Shown here: piece after piece, positions 1 to 12,900 of the stretch | Position numbering within the stretch: position 1 is the first letter of the stretch | Layout of the letters: the number at the start of each line of letters is the position of its first letter | Assembly: GCA_030141605.1 (NCBI GenBank) | Contig: JAQGDQ010001549.1 | Span: 1-35,075, forward strand | DNA: 35,075 nucleotides | Direction of reading: 5' to 3' | From: Tubiluchus corallicola | Lineage: Eukaryota > Animalia > Priapulida | Notes under the pieces: model-generated | Database searches by the model: none | Told to the model about the DNA's origin: nothing | The model's input: only the letters and a program-made list of their open reading frames with translations | Made by a program: the position numbers and the translations under genes

Positions 1-130
1 GGCATTGAGCAAAGTAAAAAAGTCGTCATGAAAACGACACTGTGTTAAGTGAAAAAAAGGTGTCTAATGTTCAGTGTCATTAAAACGAAATGTCGCTAAA
101 TGGGGAGTTGTTAAGCGAGGACTTACTGTA
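1..130. mobile_element. Right end of a pogo/Tigger-like (Tc1-mariner) MITE; left end outside window
   Basis: Ends GTTGTTAAGCGAGGACTTACTG|TA; reverse complement TA|CAGTAAGTCCTCGCTTAAC resembles pogo/Tigger-type TIRs with a TA target site. Confidence 0.55.
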
Positions 131-400
131 GATCTTCCTCGCCATCATTCTCTTTTTTCAACCGCTTATTTATTTCATAGACACTTTAAATTCGTGTGCA
201 TAATTTTTTTTTAATAATTATAACATAAATTTTTGCTGTGGTTTTTATTATTTTTTTACTCTGCGTTAACAAATTAATGAACTTTTTTCCTTTGCTATGT
301 ACAGCTTGAACTAATTTATATCATAATTCTTATCATGTGTTGTTTTATTTGTGCATTTATTGTACCATATAATAATTGGTAAGATCCTTGGTGGTACAGA

Positions 401-900
401 ATTTTGATAATGCTTTAAATAATATTAAGATCACGATGGTAAAGTAACTGTGTACGATAGTACACAGGTATATGCAGTCATACTGTAACTAAATGGAAAG
501 ATATAAGACTTTTCAGCAGAGCTCTTCAGTGTCTACTTCTGCAGTTGTTGCTGAAAGCAGCTGTGTTTGTTACTGAATAAAATTAGTACTAGATTCAATA
601 ACTAAAACAGAGACAAGTTAGTAACATGTTCTTTTTGTCTACATAAAATTGGATCTTTGAAGTTTATTATTATTGCTTCAAAATTTTAAGACGAAAATCT
701 GAACTGCATTTGTATATAATTTTGAAATTTGAGTCATTGTAATTATCTACACATGACTGACTGTTGTGTAGATGCTGGGCTATGGCATATATGGCTTCCT
801 CTTGGATTATACTGTATGACTGTGTTTACCTGTGTCCTGTGAAATAAATGCTGAAACTTTACCATCATGGTCTTAGTATTATTTAAAACATTATTGAAAT
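401..900. repeat. Inverted repeat pair, ~45 bp arms (401-445 and 856-900)
   Basis: Revcomp of ttttgataatgctttaaataatattaagatcacgatggtaaagt matches actttaccatcatggtcttagtattatttaaaacattattgaaa with scattered substitutions. Confidence 0.7.
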
Positions 901-914
901 GGTATAAATAATAT

Positions 915-1006
915 TCTCACGGTACAATTAAACTTTTGAACATTACAATAATTTACATATAAACACACATTATTGTAATGTTCGAATGTTTAATTGTACC
1001 ATAAGA
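915..1006. repeat. Near-perfect hairpin, 32-bp arms and 16-nt loop
   Basis: ggtacaattaaacttttgaacattacaataat (921-952) vs revcomp of 969-1000, ggtacaattaaacattcgaacattacaataat: 2 mismatches. Confidence 0.85.
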
Positions 1007-1164
1007 TTGTTTTGTGTCTATGTAAAGATACATGTGTTAATTACCTCTGTGATATATATTATTTTATATGAGATGTATGTAGCCCTGGCAATCACTGAAT
1101 GACATTTCACATTGTATAATGTATACTATCATTGTTTTATGGCATATATAGAGATATTAATAAT

Positions 1165-1190
<26 letters not shown>
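1165..1190. repeat. (TA)n microsatellite
   Basis: Direct reading. Confidence 0.95.
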
Positions 1191-1195
<5 letters not shown>

Positions 1196-1510
1196 ATTTT
1201 ATAGACAGTGTAAGTATGCTTTCTTATTATTCTTTGTTTGCTCTATTTATCTTTGTATGCTCTACTTTCTTGGCTCACAGAATACTTTGACATTAGCTGT
1301 AGTGGGAAAAGTAAGCTCTTAATATATCTCAAAAATATTTTGAACTTACAGCCAATAATAGCACATTGGATAAATTAGTAAACTTTTTGCAAACTTTTAA
1401 AGAGATTGTCGCTCAGCTTGGCACTTTTTTGCTACACTATTTTTATGAAATTGAAATTACTACTGCTTCATGGTTTTCAAACTTGTATGATTAGCTTTGC
1501 TTTGTTATAG

Positions 1511-1642
1511 AATGGCTATTTTGGGATATAAAAAAGCTTTAGTGGAGGATGATTTATGGGATTTAAACCAGGAAGACAAGTGCGGTTATGTCCGTCCGTC
1601 TTTTGAAAACAACTGGGAGAAAGAATTATGGAAGCTAAATAG
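1511..1642 (+). CDS. ABCC1: ABCC1/MRP1-like transporter exon A (132 bp, phase 2-2; L0/lasso region)
   Basis: tttgttatag|...ag|gtgtga; MAILGYKKALVEDDLWDLNQEDKC matches the MRP 'GY++PL...DLW.L...D' motif. Symbol denotes the MRP1-like ABCC1/2/3 group; orthology not resolved. Confidence 0.92.
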
Positions 1643-1777
1643 GTGTGATTCTTTTTGTGCGTATGAACTGTTATTTTAAGTTTATATTGCAAATAGATAT
1701 ATGATTCATTACTTTTGGTTTTATTTTTGAAGGAAGACAGGATGATTTTTCATAAACTACCCCATTGTCAAGTATGG

Positions 1778-2114
1778 TAAAAAGTATACATTCTAACACA
1801 ATTAATACTGCAAAAGCAGTTCTGATAATTACGTAATAGATTAAAAACTTTATTAACTAACACAATTTTTAACTGCAAAAATATTCCATAAGCATGTTGC
1901 ACATCTTTGTGTAAATGAAATTTGAAGTTCAGTGCTACTGTAAGATATTCTGTGTTGCTAAAACTAGACAAGCTTTAAGATAAAAATTCAAATTTCAAAT
2001 TTACCGCTGTGCTCATGCATGAGCTGTCGAACGTGCGTAGTTCGTCAAAAACTAATCTGAACTGACAGGTACAACATCTGTCTTTTGTGCAATGTGTTTT
2101 CGAAATGCAGGCGC
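1778..2114 (+). mobile_element. Interspersed repeat family A, copy 1 (unclassified)
   Basis: Aligns by eye to revcomp of 32747-33125 (shared cagtgctactgtaagatattc, catgagctgtcgaacgtg, cgaaatgcaggcgc). Confidence 0.8.
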
Positions 2115-2315
2115 GGGAATTCGTATCTTTCTAGTGCTAAAAATCAGTCTCAGTCAACTTGTGCGCGTGTCTACGACTGCTTCCTGTCCGTACGTCGCAG
2201 TTCGACCTTAGCTTGGCTTTAAATAGTTAGTTGCTAGAATGTTTTCTTATACCATGCATGTGTTGTCATATTTTAATAATAATTATAGTGGTGGCGGTGG
2301 CGACGGGTTTGAATC

Positions 2316-2397
2316 TAGTAGTAGTAGCAGCAGCAGTAGTAGTAGCAGCAGCAGCAGTAGTAGTAGCAGTGGCAGCAGCAGCAACAACCACCACCAC
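2316..2397. repeat. Compound (GTA/GCA/ACC)n microsatellite
   Basis: Direct reading; explains ORF 2231..2425. Confidence 0.9.
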
Positions 2398-2462
2398 ATT
2401 ATATAGCATTATTGGTACATTATAATGAGGTTTTACTACATGTAATTTTTTTTTGCTTACAG

Positions 2463-2633
2463 GTCAAAAGCCATCAGAAGAACAGAGGCACGGATGAATT
2501 TAGACCAAATTAAACTGTACCAACCTTCTCTTCTTTGGGCCATGGCATCCACTTTTGGTGAAACTCTTACCGTATCAGCATTTTTCAAGGTCATCAATGA
2601 TGTGCTGACTTTCGTTAGTCCTGTTCTGTTAAA
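2463..2633 (+). CDS. ABCC1: ABCC1/MRP1-like exon B (171 bp, phase 2-2)
   Basis: ttttgcttacag|...aa|gtaagt; SKAIRRTEARMNLDQIKLYQPSLLWAMASTFGETLTVSAFFKVINDVLTFVSPVLLK, resembling MRP1 PSLFKVLYKTFG...FKAIHDLMMFSGPQILK. Not in ORF track. Confidence 0.93.
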
Positions 2634-3184
2634 GTAAGTTGCATCGGAAAATGAAAAGTGTAGTTTTGATTTCTCTCTGTGTGAGAGATTGGAAAATTAG
2701 TGTTGTAAATAAGCAATTATTTTAAATAGAAAGGGATTAATTACTAATGTCCAGCTTCAGTGGTGGAGCCTTCTTATTGTAGATAGTTGCAGCAGGACCA
2801 GAATCTAGCTCATTAGTAAGGATAATCCTCTAAGATGAGGCACTGAACTAAACCGGAGTGTCTTAGCCACATTCTAATATAAAAACGTCCTCCTTCAGTG
2901 GGAATAATAATTGAAGCCAATTTTATCCAGAACCAGTTTTTGCAGCTGTCATCCATCCACTCACTAACCAGGTCTGTCTTTGCCTATTCCCTTCGCCTTT
3001 TCAAAATGCATCAAAGTTTGATATATTCCTTAGCCGGAAATGCTCTGTTTCCTCTTACCGAAATTTCTTGATTTTCCAGGAAGCTGGGATGGGATGCTGG
3101 GATGGGCAAAGACAGTGCTCGCTTATCTTCAAAGTATTTGCAAAGAAATTTAATGAGTCTTTTGATTTGACACCCCCAAGGTAA

Positions 3185-3442
<258 letters not shown>

Positions 3443-3639
3443 TAATTAGCTTTCTTATATACCGTTTATACGATCAGTTTTTAAACTGTCACTCTGGCTG
3501 TAAAGATAATCATGGTCATCCAGTTTTGCGGAGTTGTAATTGTGGATTTCGTTTTGAGTCTTTTGAACACACATTTTTTTGTACTGAGCCGGTGATCAGC
3601 TCGCGAAACAGCGGACTTTGTCCGTAATATACAGAACTT

Positions 3640-3710
3640 TTTAGGGATCCAGACTTTGTCCAATTGTTCCGATATCCGTAAAAGTGAGGTTAGGCAAACC
3701 GAGATAAAGG
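3640..3710 (+). mobile_element. Partial right end related to the MITE at 9069-9541
   Basis: ctttgtccaattgttccgatatccgtaaaagtgaggttaggcaaaccgagata resembles ttttgtccgaattttacaatatccataaaagcaaggtctggcaaatcgagata (9481-9533). Confidence 0.55.
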
Positions 3711-4149
3711 CTTCCCGGGGTGAAGAGTCATCAGGTCGTTGCACGTTTCTCATATTATGCTCATATTTTAAGTACTTGTTCTTGTATTCAATATAAAAGT
3801 TGAAGTACATACATTTAAAAAATTGCGACAAATTAAACTCAATTCTGTATTTGTTTGCATCGAAAATTCGAAAGTTATTGAATTCCGGGGCGTTTAGTCT
3901 CCAAGTTTTGCTCTTCCACCTATTTTTACAAAAATTCAAACTCTTTACATAAAGTTAAAAAGTTAAAGACATTTAATTAAATCGTTAAAGTCAGACAAAA
4001 TATTTTCGAAGAATAAAAATCAGCCATTCATCGTAATAAAAGTAAGTGTCTTCGACATGATGCTTCTCATACACGATCATCTGAGTTGAACGTCCTTTTT
4101 GTACTCTTGACAAGGTGTGGTTTTAAAAATAATAGCAAAAATCCGATGA

Positions 4150-4311
<162 letters not shown>

Positions 4312-4585
4312 TAATTCTTTACCAACTATACTGTGTGTAAGTATACGTCATTATTGACAGTAAAATGAAAGGAGTTAGCGGGGTTTGTTACGTTCCAAAC
4401 ACAACAAACATTGGAACGTAATACTGGATTTGTGGCCAATAGACAATGACCAGTATTTGTGGAAAAGTCCAACATTTCCTGCAACATTTGCAGTGGTTTT
4501 TAACAAACAAGTGCTAATATGCAAACAATAAAATACATATATCAGGTGGGTCAAAAAATGTGCTGAAGTTTTGATCACAGCATTC

Positions 4586-5085
4586 AGTGCTGGTTCGTAG
4601 CTAAAATTAGTGGGGGTTTCTAATTCAGAAAATTTTTAGCCATTGTTTTAATACTGTGTAAAATGAAACAAACATATGTAATTTTAATGTTGTAATTTGT
4701 AATTGTAATTTTAAACAAACAAACATACAAAAGTTTATATACAAACTTTGATAAAATCCTAAACAAAAAAATATTTTTTGCTTACTAATAGCCTAAATTG
4801 TCACAGTTCAAGCTTGATCCATTCACGGTAAGCATGTGACAACTGGCAACAAACTGTGTGAGCGACAGTACTTTCTCTACCTGCGCTCCGACATGTGCAT
4901 GTCACACAACAGCCAAACACCGTGTTGCTGGAGTGCACTGTGCTGGGCTGTGAAGCAAACAGTACTACCCTCACGTGCTCTGGTTCTGTACAAGTATAAA
5001 GAAAGAACTAAAGAAAAAGACTTATCGTATTGAATATTATCAATAATATTGACTGAAAATGGGGGTGCTGCAGTGCCACATTACC
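4586..5085 (+). mobile_element. Interspersed repeat family B, copy 1 (~500 bp non-autonomous DNA element, possibly hAT-like)
   Basis: Colinear with revcomp of 18778-19233 (ctaaaattagtggggg, ttcaagcttgatc, tgtgtgagcgacagtacttt, gctgtgaagcaaacag, tataaagaaagaactaaag); starts CAGTG. No TSD seen. Confidence 0.85.
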
Positions 5086-6000
5086 TATACACAGACTGTC
5101 ACTGACAACATTATAAAAAAAGAGTAACAAAATCGCTTCAAAATTGTCAGGTTGAGGATATAGACATTTGTGTATGAACACCAAACATTTTAGGTCATTC
5201 CCTAGAATGTTTCCTAAGTACAGATGTTTCAAAACAACGAGTCAAAAAAAATGCCTGAAAAATTATGTGACACTATTGCTAAAATTCATATCAAATGCTT
5301 TATCTACGAAGGCTTTTCCTTCCAAAAGATGACACAGTTTCTGACTTTTGTAAAGCGTATTTGGTCCCAGCACTCAATAATTTTTGCCTTTAGTTCCTTT
5401 GTATCAAATGACTCTGTGCTGCCATGAACACTTTCTTCTGAAAAGAGTTCCAAATACCATAATCCAGAGTATTAACTCCTTCAGGACCGCACCATTTAAA
5501 ATGGATCTTATAAAACCTATGACTTTGCTGTTACTGAATGAGCACAGACATAACTAAATGATTACACACTAGGTACTGTTATATTTAAGAGAATTTTGGC
5601 TATCCAATCATGTTATTTGTTTAAATATTCATAAGTGGATAAAATTATGAAAAACACGCCTTCTTCAGGCACTCAAACACGCCTATTGAGTAGCTTGGTC
5701 TGGTATACACTTGTGTGATCGTACACACTATTTTACTGATCGCCTGCTAGCTACAGCTCAAGCTGTGCAGTGTTGTGCTGCTATTCCAGGAAAAAGCAAC
5801 GGATCAACCAAGGACAAATTAAACTCATTTCATCTTTTAACAGGAATTTAGAACAGCCAAAATAAGCTATTGCCCAAAAATCATGCTGTTTTTTAATTAG
5901 TGTTTTTAGTATTTTTGTGTAAATGCTAATAACGTTCTTGTTCATTGAACACTCGATACAAGCTGCCTAAAGTGAACTTTTTCAATTTAGTTTTACTAAT

Positions 6001-6434
6001 TACAGTAGGCGCTATTTATGAGACTCGTGGTTAACAGAATCAGTCGCCTAATTGACTCAGAAATGCCTTGTACGGGCTGCTCCTATTCAAATGTATCTAA
6101 AAACCGCCGGCAACTAACTCAAATAATTCCGCATAATTGACTTAATATTTTTCCTTCGCGTACTTAAAATAAGACGTGTGTGCCCCAAGAGCTTTTACTG
6201 CTTTTATGTCATCTTTACATCGATTTTGTGCACTATAATATATGTAGAAACAGTCATGTGAAGTAGAGCTTTCTTTGTAAGCATGTACTGTATCATATGT
6301 ATCATATGTGCTATTATGTTAGCATAGCGGTTTTGCTTTGAATCCATTGCAGACTACAGCTAATTGAATCAGTCGGTTAATTGGGTCAAAACACATTCGT
6401 TGCAAAGTGAGTCTATTAAGGGTCGCCTGCTGCA
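6001..6434. mobile_element. pogo/Tigger-like MITE with degenerate TIRs
   Basis: TA|CAGTAGGCGCTATTTATGAGACTC vs revcomp of the right end, TG|CAGCAGGCGACCCTTAATAGACTC; first ~140 bp also resemble 9159-9296. Confidence 0.7.
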
Positions 6435-6455
6435 ATTAATTTATTATTTTCACAG

Positions 6456-6594
6456 GTCGGCTCCATTACAAATTGCTATTTCGCTGTGGCTGTTGTGGGC
6501 TGAACTGGGTCCATCTGTTCTTACTGGATTGGCATTCATGATTCTTATGTTACCACTGAACGCAGTCATCGCTTCCAAAATCGAGACGTGTCAA
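6456..6594 (+). CDS. ABCC1: ABCC1/MRP1-like exon E (139 bp, phase 2-0)
   Basis: ttttcacag|...caa|gtgcgt; (W)SAPLQIAISLWLLWAELGPSVLTGLAFMILMLPLNAVIASKIETCQ. Confidence 0.96.
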
Positions 6595-7189
6595 GTGCGT
6601 ATCTTCGTTTACAAGCGGCAGTTTATCCTTTCAAAATAAGCCTTTTCACAGTTTCAAGCCCTGTGCGCAAGCATAGTTGTTGCAGGTCAAAGGTTAAGTG
6701 TACCACAGCAACACGTCTTAACTAAAACCATCACCTGACATGTGGGTAAAGCAAACCTGTCTACCGCATCAGTTCAGTAATTTTAGTTGCTTTACATGGG
6801 CTTTACTTAATTATACATTAGTCTGTGCATAGAGTGATTTACTAGCAGGAACTTGCTTGGGAACAAGAAAAAATGAACTAGGTAAGGTTGTAGCTAGCTC
6901 TTAAAACTGTTACTATTACGATAGCATGGACTGCGACATGTTGTCAAGTGTACACAAATGCGTTGTCAGGTATACTCTTAACCTTTGACTTTTTCACGAT
7001 CATCATCAGTCGCTGGAACTGTGAAAAGGCTTATTGCTAATGTGATTATATGTGATGCACCTTGTAACTGTGACTGCGGCTGATTTAATATTACAGATCT
7101 ATGGTCTAGTTTCCCCATATATGTAACTGCTATAGATACTGGTAAATTCGTGCTGGATGCCCAAAATTACTCGAATGATTAAACAAATT

Positions 7190-7340
7190 TTTCGGTTAGA
7201 TTATCCTCATTCCTGATTGTTAAGTCTCATGACCTCACTTTGGAGGCAAGGTTCCACTGAAATTCTTTGAGTTAGGTGAAAATATGTTATGCGATTTTGA
7301 GTTACACGGAGTTTACTGTAACAACTAAGACTCTAATGGT
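7190..7340 (-). mobile_element. Highly degraded 3' remnant of a CR1-type LINE ORF2
   Basis: Minus strand gives broken traces of the 'HFF..R....WN.LP..VV....I..FK.NL' C-terminal pattern (catattttcacc, cagtggaaccttgcctcc), with stops and indels. Confidence 0.35.
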
Positions 7341-7372
7341 ATTATAACAAATAACTTGGCTTCTCTTATTAG

Positions 7373-7618
<246 letters not shown>

Positions 7619-8282
7619 TGACTTTTGGTTTCTGTCAGGGATGTTATGGAAACATTTCAGTTTAGTAAGTCCACGTCAAACAACTGAAGTTACTGAACTG
7701 AACTGGCAGACGGCTTTGCTTTACTCACACATGACGGTTGTACTTAAGATGCCTTGCTGTGATACACTTATCCTTTGACCTACAGCAACTGTAACTTTTG
7801 ATCATAACTTACTTTTGTAATTTTAATATATATGATAATGTGTATTTTTTGTGTGTGGGAAATTGTAAACTTTAGCCAATAATGAAATAAAATAAAAAAC
7901 AGCACCAAATATTTTTATAAGAATTTTGAAACTCTTTAGAGAAAGAATGCATGTACAACTTGAACTTCTTAAAACTTTTGAGAACATAGCTCTAGATATT
8001 TTCACAAAAATATTTGAACATGTAAAAAACATACCACAGAAGCAGCGAGTATTCCTCGAGATAAAAATAACACATTTGGCACGAACTCATCCCGTGCAAA
8101 ACCTTTGTAAACACCAATAATAAAATCTATGCACATGATGAAGAATAGGACAAGAGATAAAACCTAGGAGCAAAAGACAAGAAAACATGAATTAATCCAT
8201 TGCTTGTACATCAAGTCTACTGAACATTAGTAAGCGTGAATGAGCTCACAATTTTTGGAACAACTAGTAAATATCGTAACTA

Positions 8283-8888
8283 TTAACCGTTTCACTACGT
8301 TGTTGCTTTTTAACTAGGCCACATTGACTTTGCACATTTGACAATAACTTCTTGTGGTGTGTTACTAAAACAGAATTTTGTAAATAAACAAATAGTTGTT
8401 CGTTATTGAGTACTAATATTAAATATTAGTTTTATTTCTACACATGTGAGCACACATACTTGCACACACACACAGGCACACAATCGTAAATAAGCATCTA
8501 CTTATGTTTAGAAACCAGTTTTCACAAAAGACACAATACTAATCCGTAATAGGCAATCATTTTATAAGAATGCAGACCAATCAACTAAACATACGTTTCG
8601 TCAACGATCTACAAGTGATTTTGCATGGGAACGTACCATACAGCACACTATTGTGGAATGCACCTGGCTTCAGATGCTGATTGGCTGGCTAGCGTTACTT
8701 GTTGCGAAGTAACCCCAATCCCACGGTTGTTAAACTTTTCTACAATGTTTGTCATGGCCTTCGCAGTGAAATAAACAGACCTGGATGACTGCACTTAGTG
8801 CTGAGCTTGGGTGGCTGTCTAACGCCTTTCGTCCCTTGCATGAAAAACATAGGCAGAAGTGTGCCGCCTTCCGTAGTGAAAGGGTTAA
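8283..8888. mobile_element. piggyBac-like MITE (8287-8884, 598 bp) with TTAA TSDs
   Basis: TTAA|CCGTTTCACTACG ... CGTAGTGAAAGGG|TTAA: 13-bp TIR with 1 mismatch; no ORF. Confidence 0.85.
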
Positions 8889-9068
8889 GCACTGTTTAAA
8901 TGATCAGTTTTTTCGTCAAATTTGTTTGCCAGTTTAAAAACAGATTATGTAAAATGACCATTAAGTAAGATCATATAAGTGCATTAATGACATAAATTTA
9001 CGGATTTGTGCGAACTAATAAAAACGGTTGCATAAATTGTGAAATTTATAATATGCAGTTTACACACA

Positions 9069-9541
9069 TACACTCATATCTCAGTTTGCCGGACAAAAGT
9101 GGGGAGACATCGTCGGTCCGAATTTGTCGATTGTCCGTATTTTTCGATACTACACTAATATAGTAGGCACCGTGTATTAGACTCACGGTAATGTAGGTAT
9201 CAATCATCTAATTGTCTCAAAAACGTCTAGTACGGGCCTATACAAAAGTATATACAAACTGTCGGCAATTGACTCAATAACTTCTCATGACTGACTCTAA
9301 AGCACTTACACATGCTGATTAAGCCACTAAACATGCTGCCATACAAGCTCGACATGTGTCGTTACATGCTGCTTGGATAGACTGATGTAATGATATAAAC
9401 AAAGTAATGGCCTGCCAACTAAGCTGCTCACAAAACAATGGAATATGTCTGTAGTATGCTGGCCTTTTTAACGGATCAGATTTTGTCCGAATTTTACAAT
9501 ATCCATAAAAGCAAGGTCTGGCAAATCGAGATATGAGTGTA
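9069..9541. mobile_element. Tc1/mariner-class MITE (9071-9539) with TA TSDs, containing a fragment of the 6001-family element
   Basis: TA|CACTCATATCTCAGTTTGCCGGAC vs revcomp of right end, TA|CACTCATATCTCGATTTGCCAGAC. Confidence 0.85.
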
Positions 9542-9623
9542 TTTATAAAAAAGTCACTCTTAAAACATCCCAATTCAAAACCTTAATGAATATTGGGGAT
9601 GCAGGCACAAGCTATTAATACTA

Positions 9624-9992
<369 letters not shown>

Positions 9993-12900
9993 TCATTATA
10001 CGAACTGTATTGTTCTTATGCTTGGCCTATGCTCTATACGGCAAAGTATGTATAATTCAGTAAGTACGCTCAACATACATAGTTTAGAACTCTGCAGTGG
10101 CAGTTTTTACAAATGAAACTTACAGTTCAAGCATCAGTAAAACCAAAAAAAGATCAGCTAAAACACAAAAAATGCTCTTCATAAATGAAGCTTAAAAATT
10201 TTTCTTGAAATTTTATGTAACTGACATACTGTCTTATTCCATACAGAGCTTGAGCAGCAGTAACGCTGTATAAAACTTGTAAACTTATACTGTTAGGTGC
10301 AGCCATTTTAACGCTAAGTCGTCTGAAACACATTTAGATAACATTACACAAAATTGAAAAAAATAATCAGAGCATTCGTAGCACACTTTTGCTATCTAAA
10401 CAAAAGTTTGAATTACTAGAGGCTGAAGCTGAATCAGTTGCTACTACATCAGCTGACTCGCACAATAAATCAGCTAGCTCGGCTGAAGTTGACTGACTTT
10501 TCAGCTGAGTTGGCTTAAAGAAAAAAACAGCTGATTTCATAAATCAGCTTGAAGATGCTTGTCTTGATTACAGATGAATCAATACCAAAACAACAAAATA
10601 ATCCCATTCGTGTGACTAATGTTGTCTGTTTATGTCTTTAATTTTGAATTGACCAGTTTTCTCGTTCAAAAATTTCTGAAAATTTAGTATCTCTGCCAGC
10701 ACACACACAATCTGATTTGCAGGGTCACGTGATTATCACAAGAGCGAAAATCTACGGCAAAAATGTCAACTAGTTCAACTCGCATCATTGAACAGCTGGT
10801 GAGACTAAAGCTGGGTTTCTTATCAGCTAGGTTGACTGTAGAAATAAACCGACTGGAGCTCAGCCGAAATGGCGTGGCTCTATGAATTACTTTATAATTT
10901 CAGTAAGATCAATAATGTGTTTTTTGGTGAATCGGTGGTGCACACTGGGATATTGATGCAGTGCTGTTTTACCAAGTGGTACGAATATCTCATTTTATTA
11001 AGAATTCTCTTTACAAATTACATAAGTCTTTGAAGCAGGTAAGCGTAATGCTAGGTAAAATAACTTTGTGTGGAAAGCTCTGTTGGGTATACTTTAAAAT
11101 TCCCTAACTTCCCCATTAACATAAAAATGCAATGTGCATTGGCTAGAGAGAGTGCACAATCCCTGCTCCAATTTCCAATTTAGAATGTATCTCAGGACAA
11201 AATCTCTAATGTTTGTGCACACCGGACAGTATGACTAATTTCTGCAAATGACCATTGTCCAACAGTGTTTTATAAGTCATCATGAGAAATTATTTTATTT
11301 TTTTGCAACATTTTCAAGTCCCAACTTAGACAATGTGACATCTGGAAGTACCCGGTAATTAAACTAGATGCCAACACAAAATGTCAGAAAAGGAAACTTT
11401 ATTCTTAACGAATAAACATGGCTGAAACCAACACACCAAGTGAACATTCAAATGCCTTGCACGTGGTTACAGTTTTCCACAACACCAACAGATGGCACAA
11501 CAATATCATTCCTATACTAAAGCAGAACTATACTACAGACATTAACTGCTAAAAGTACAGCTAAAATTCACAAAAGTTAAGTTCACATCATAAACAAATT
11601 TTGTGTTACAAAACAAAAAAAATTACCCAAAACACTGCATCGGGTCCACACAATCTTTCTAAAACCCCTGAGTCCATTTCCAGGCTTAGTCAGTCGAGCT
11701 GGTCCCTAACAATGTGTGAAGAAAACAAGAAATTTTCACATGCAGCAAGATATCAAAATCTGTAAGCTGAAAAATAGTAACAGATACAGCTAAATATATT
11801 TCAATTCTGAAATATTAATAAGAAAGAATTCATACAGGCTTTCTGTCTTAAACTCCTTCAGTACTGTAAGCGTTTGTTGCATTTTGCATGGGTTCATGAA
11901 AAACTGCTCTCACTAAACAGTGATTATGTTATATGTGCGCTTGCAACCCAAAACCATCCATAAGTCAGCATAGTTAAAATTATGTCATGATGCTTCAAAG
12001 TAAAATGCACAAAAATTTGGTCAAATGTCAGTTATTTGTTTTTATAAAAACAAATTCTAAATATATTGGCCTTTTATATTCCAGCATCAAAATGCCAATA
12101 AAATATTCAAAAAATACTAAAAATTTAATTTTATAACCCTCTACCCACTTTTCTGGCTACAAGCTAGCATTACAATTGAGAAAACTTGTATTTTCAAACT
12201 CTAATAGAACCTCGCGGAAGCAGTAATTTTGCTTCTGGTTTTTTCTGTTGTCAAGCCCAGATCCTCGTCAGGAAGAGCCATCTACGGGATTTAAACATCA
12301 CATTAATGTGTTCTTGAAATGTCTGTAGCAACCAACATTTGTACGGTTGTTAAGTGTTTAGTAGAAACAAAAAACAATGCCTAACTTGAACAGGAATTTT
12401 CTCAAGATTACGTTTTTCAGTGTGCAGGCTGCACTTCAATTTCAATATGGATTATCTCATGTTAGAAATAACATAGAGTGATGAGCTTGGTATCAAAATG
12501 ATCTTCATGAAGTGGAGATTCAGGATATGTAAATAACTAGAAAAGCTAAATTGTCGACTTACGGAAGATTTTACTACGCAAGCACACATTGATAATTTTT
12601 GTAGGTTTCTACTCCTCACACAATGGATTTTCATGCAAAATTATACATGAAATACATTTATTTACTGCATATTTTTATTTATAATTTATATATTTATTTA
12701 CACAAATTGAAAATCGATTTTTGATTAATAAATTGAAAAAAAGGCTTTCAGTAACTGCAGTGTTTGCACTGTAATAATGTACAGTAGCAAATGTCACAAA
12801 ATTTCAACTATCCAGACACAACACTATGATACACTTTGGCCCCAAATTTACTCTATTTTTAAGGAGAAATTCCTGTCAAAAGATGAAACAACCTTAAGAT

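Noticed and set aside
1733-1776. Extra small ABCC linker exon or poison exon
   Set aside because: One acceptor gives an in-frame TGA, the other an unrecognisable peptide; exons A and B already join in phase.
5472-6992. piggyBac-like ends (ttaactccttcag; gtcaaaggttaa / ttaacctttgac)
   Set aside because: Could not be paired into a consistent element with matching TIRs.
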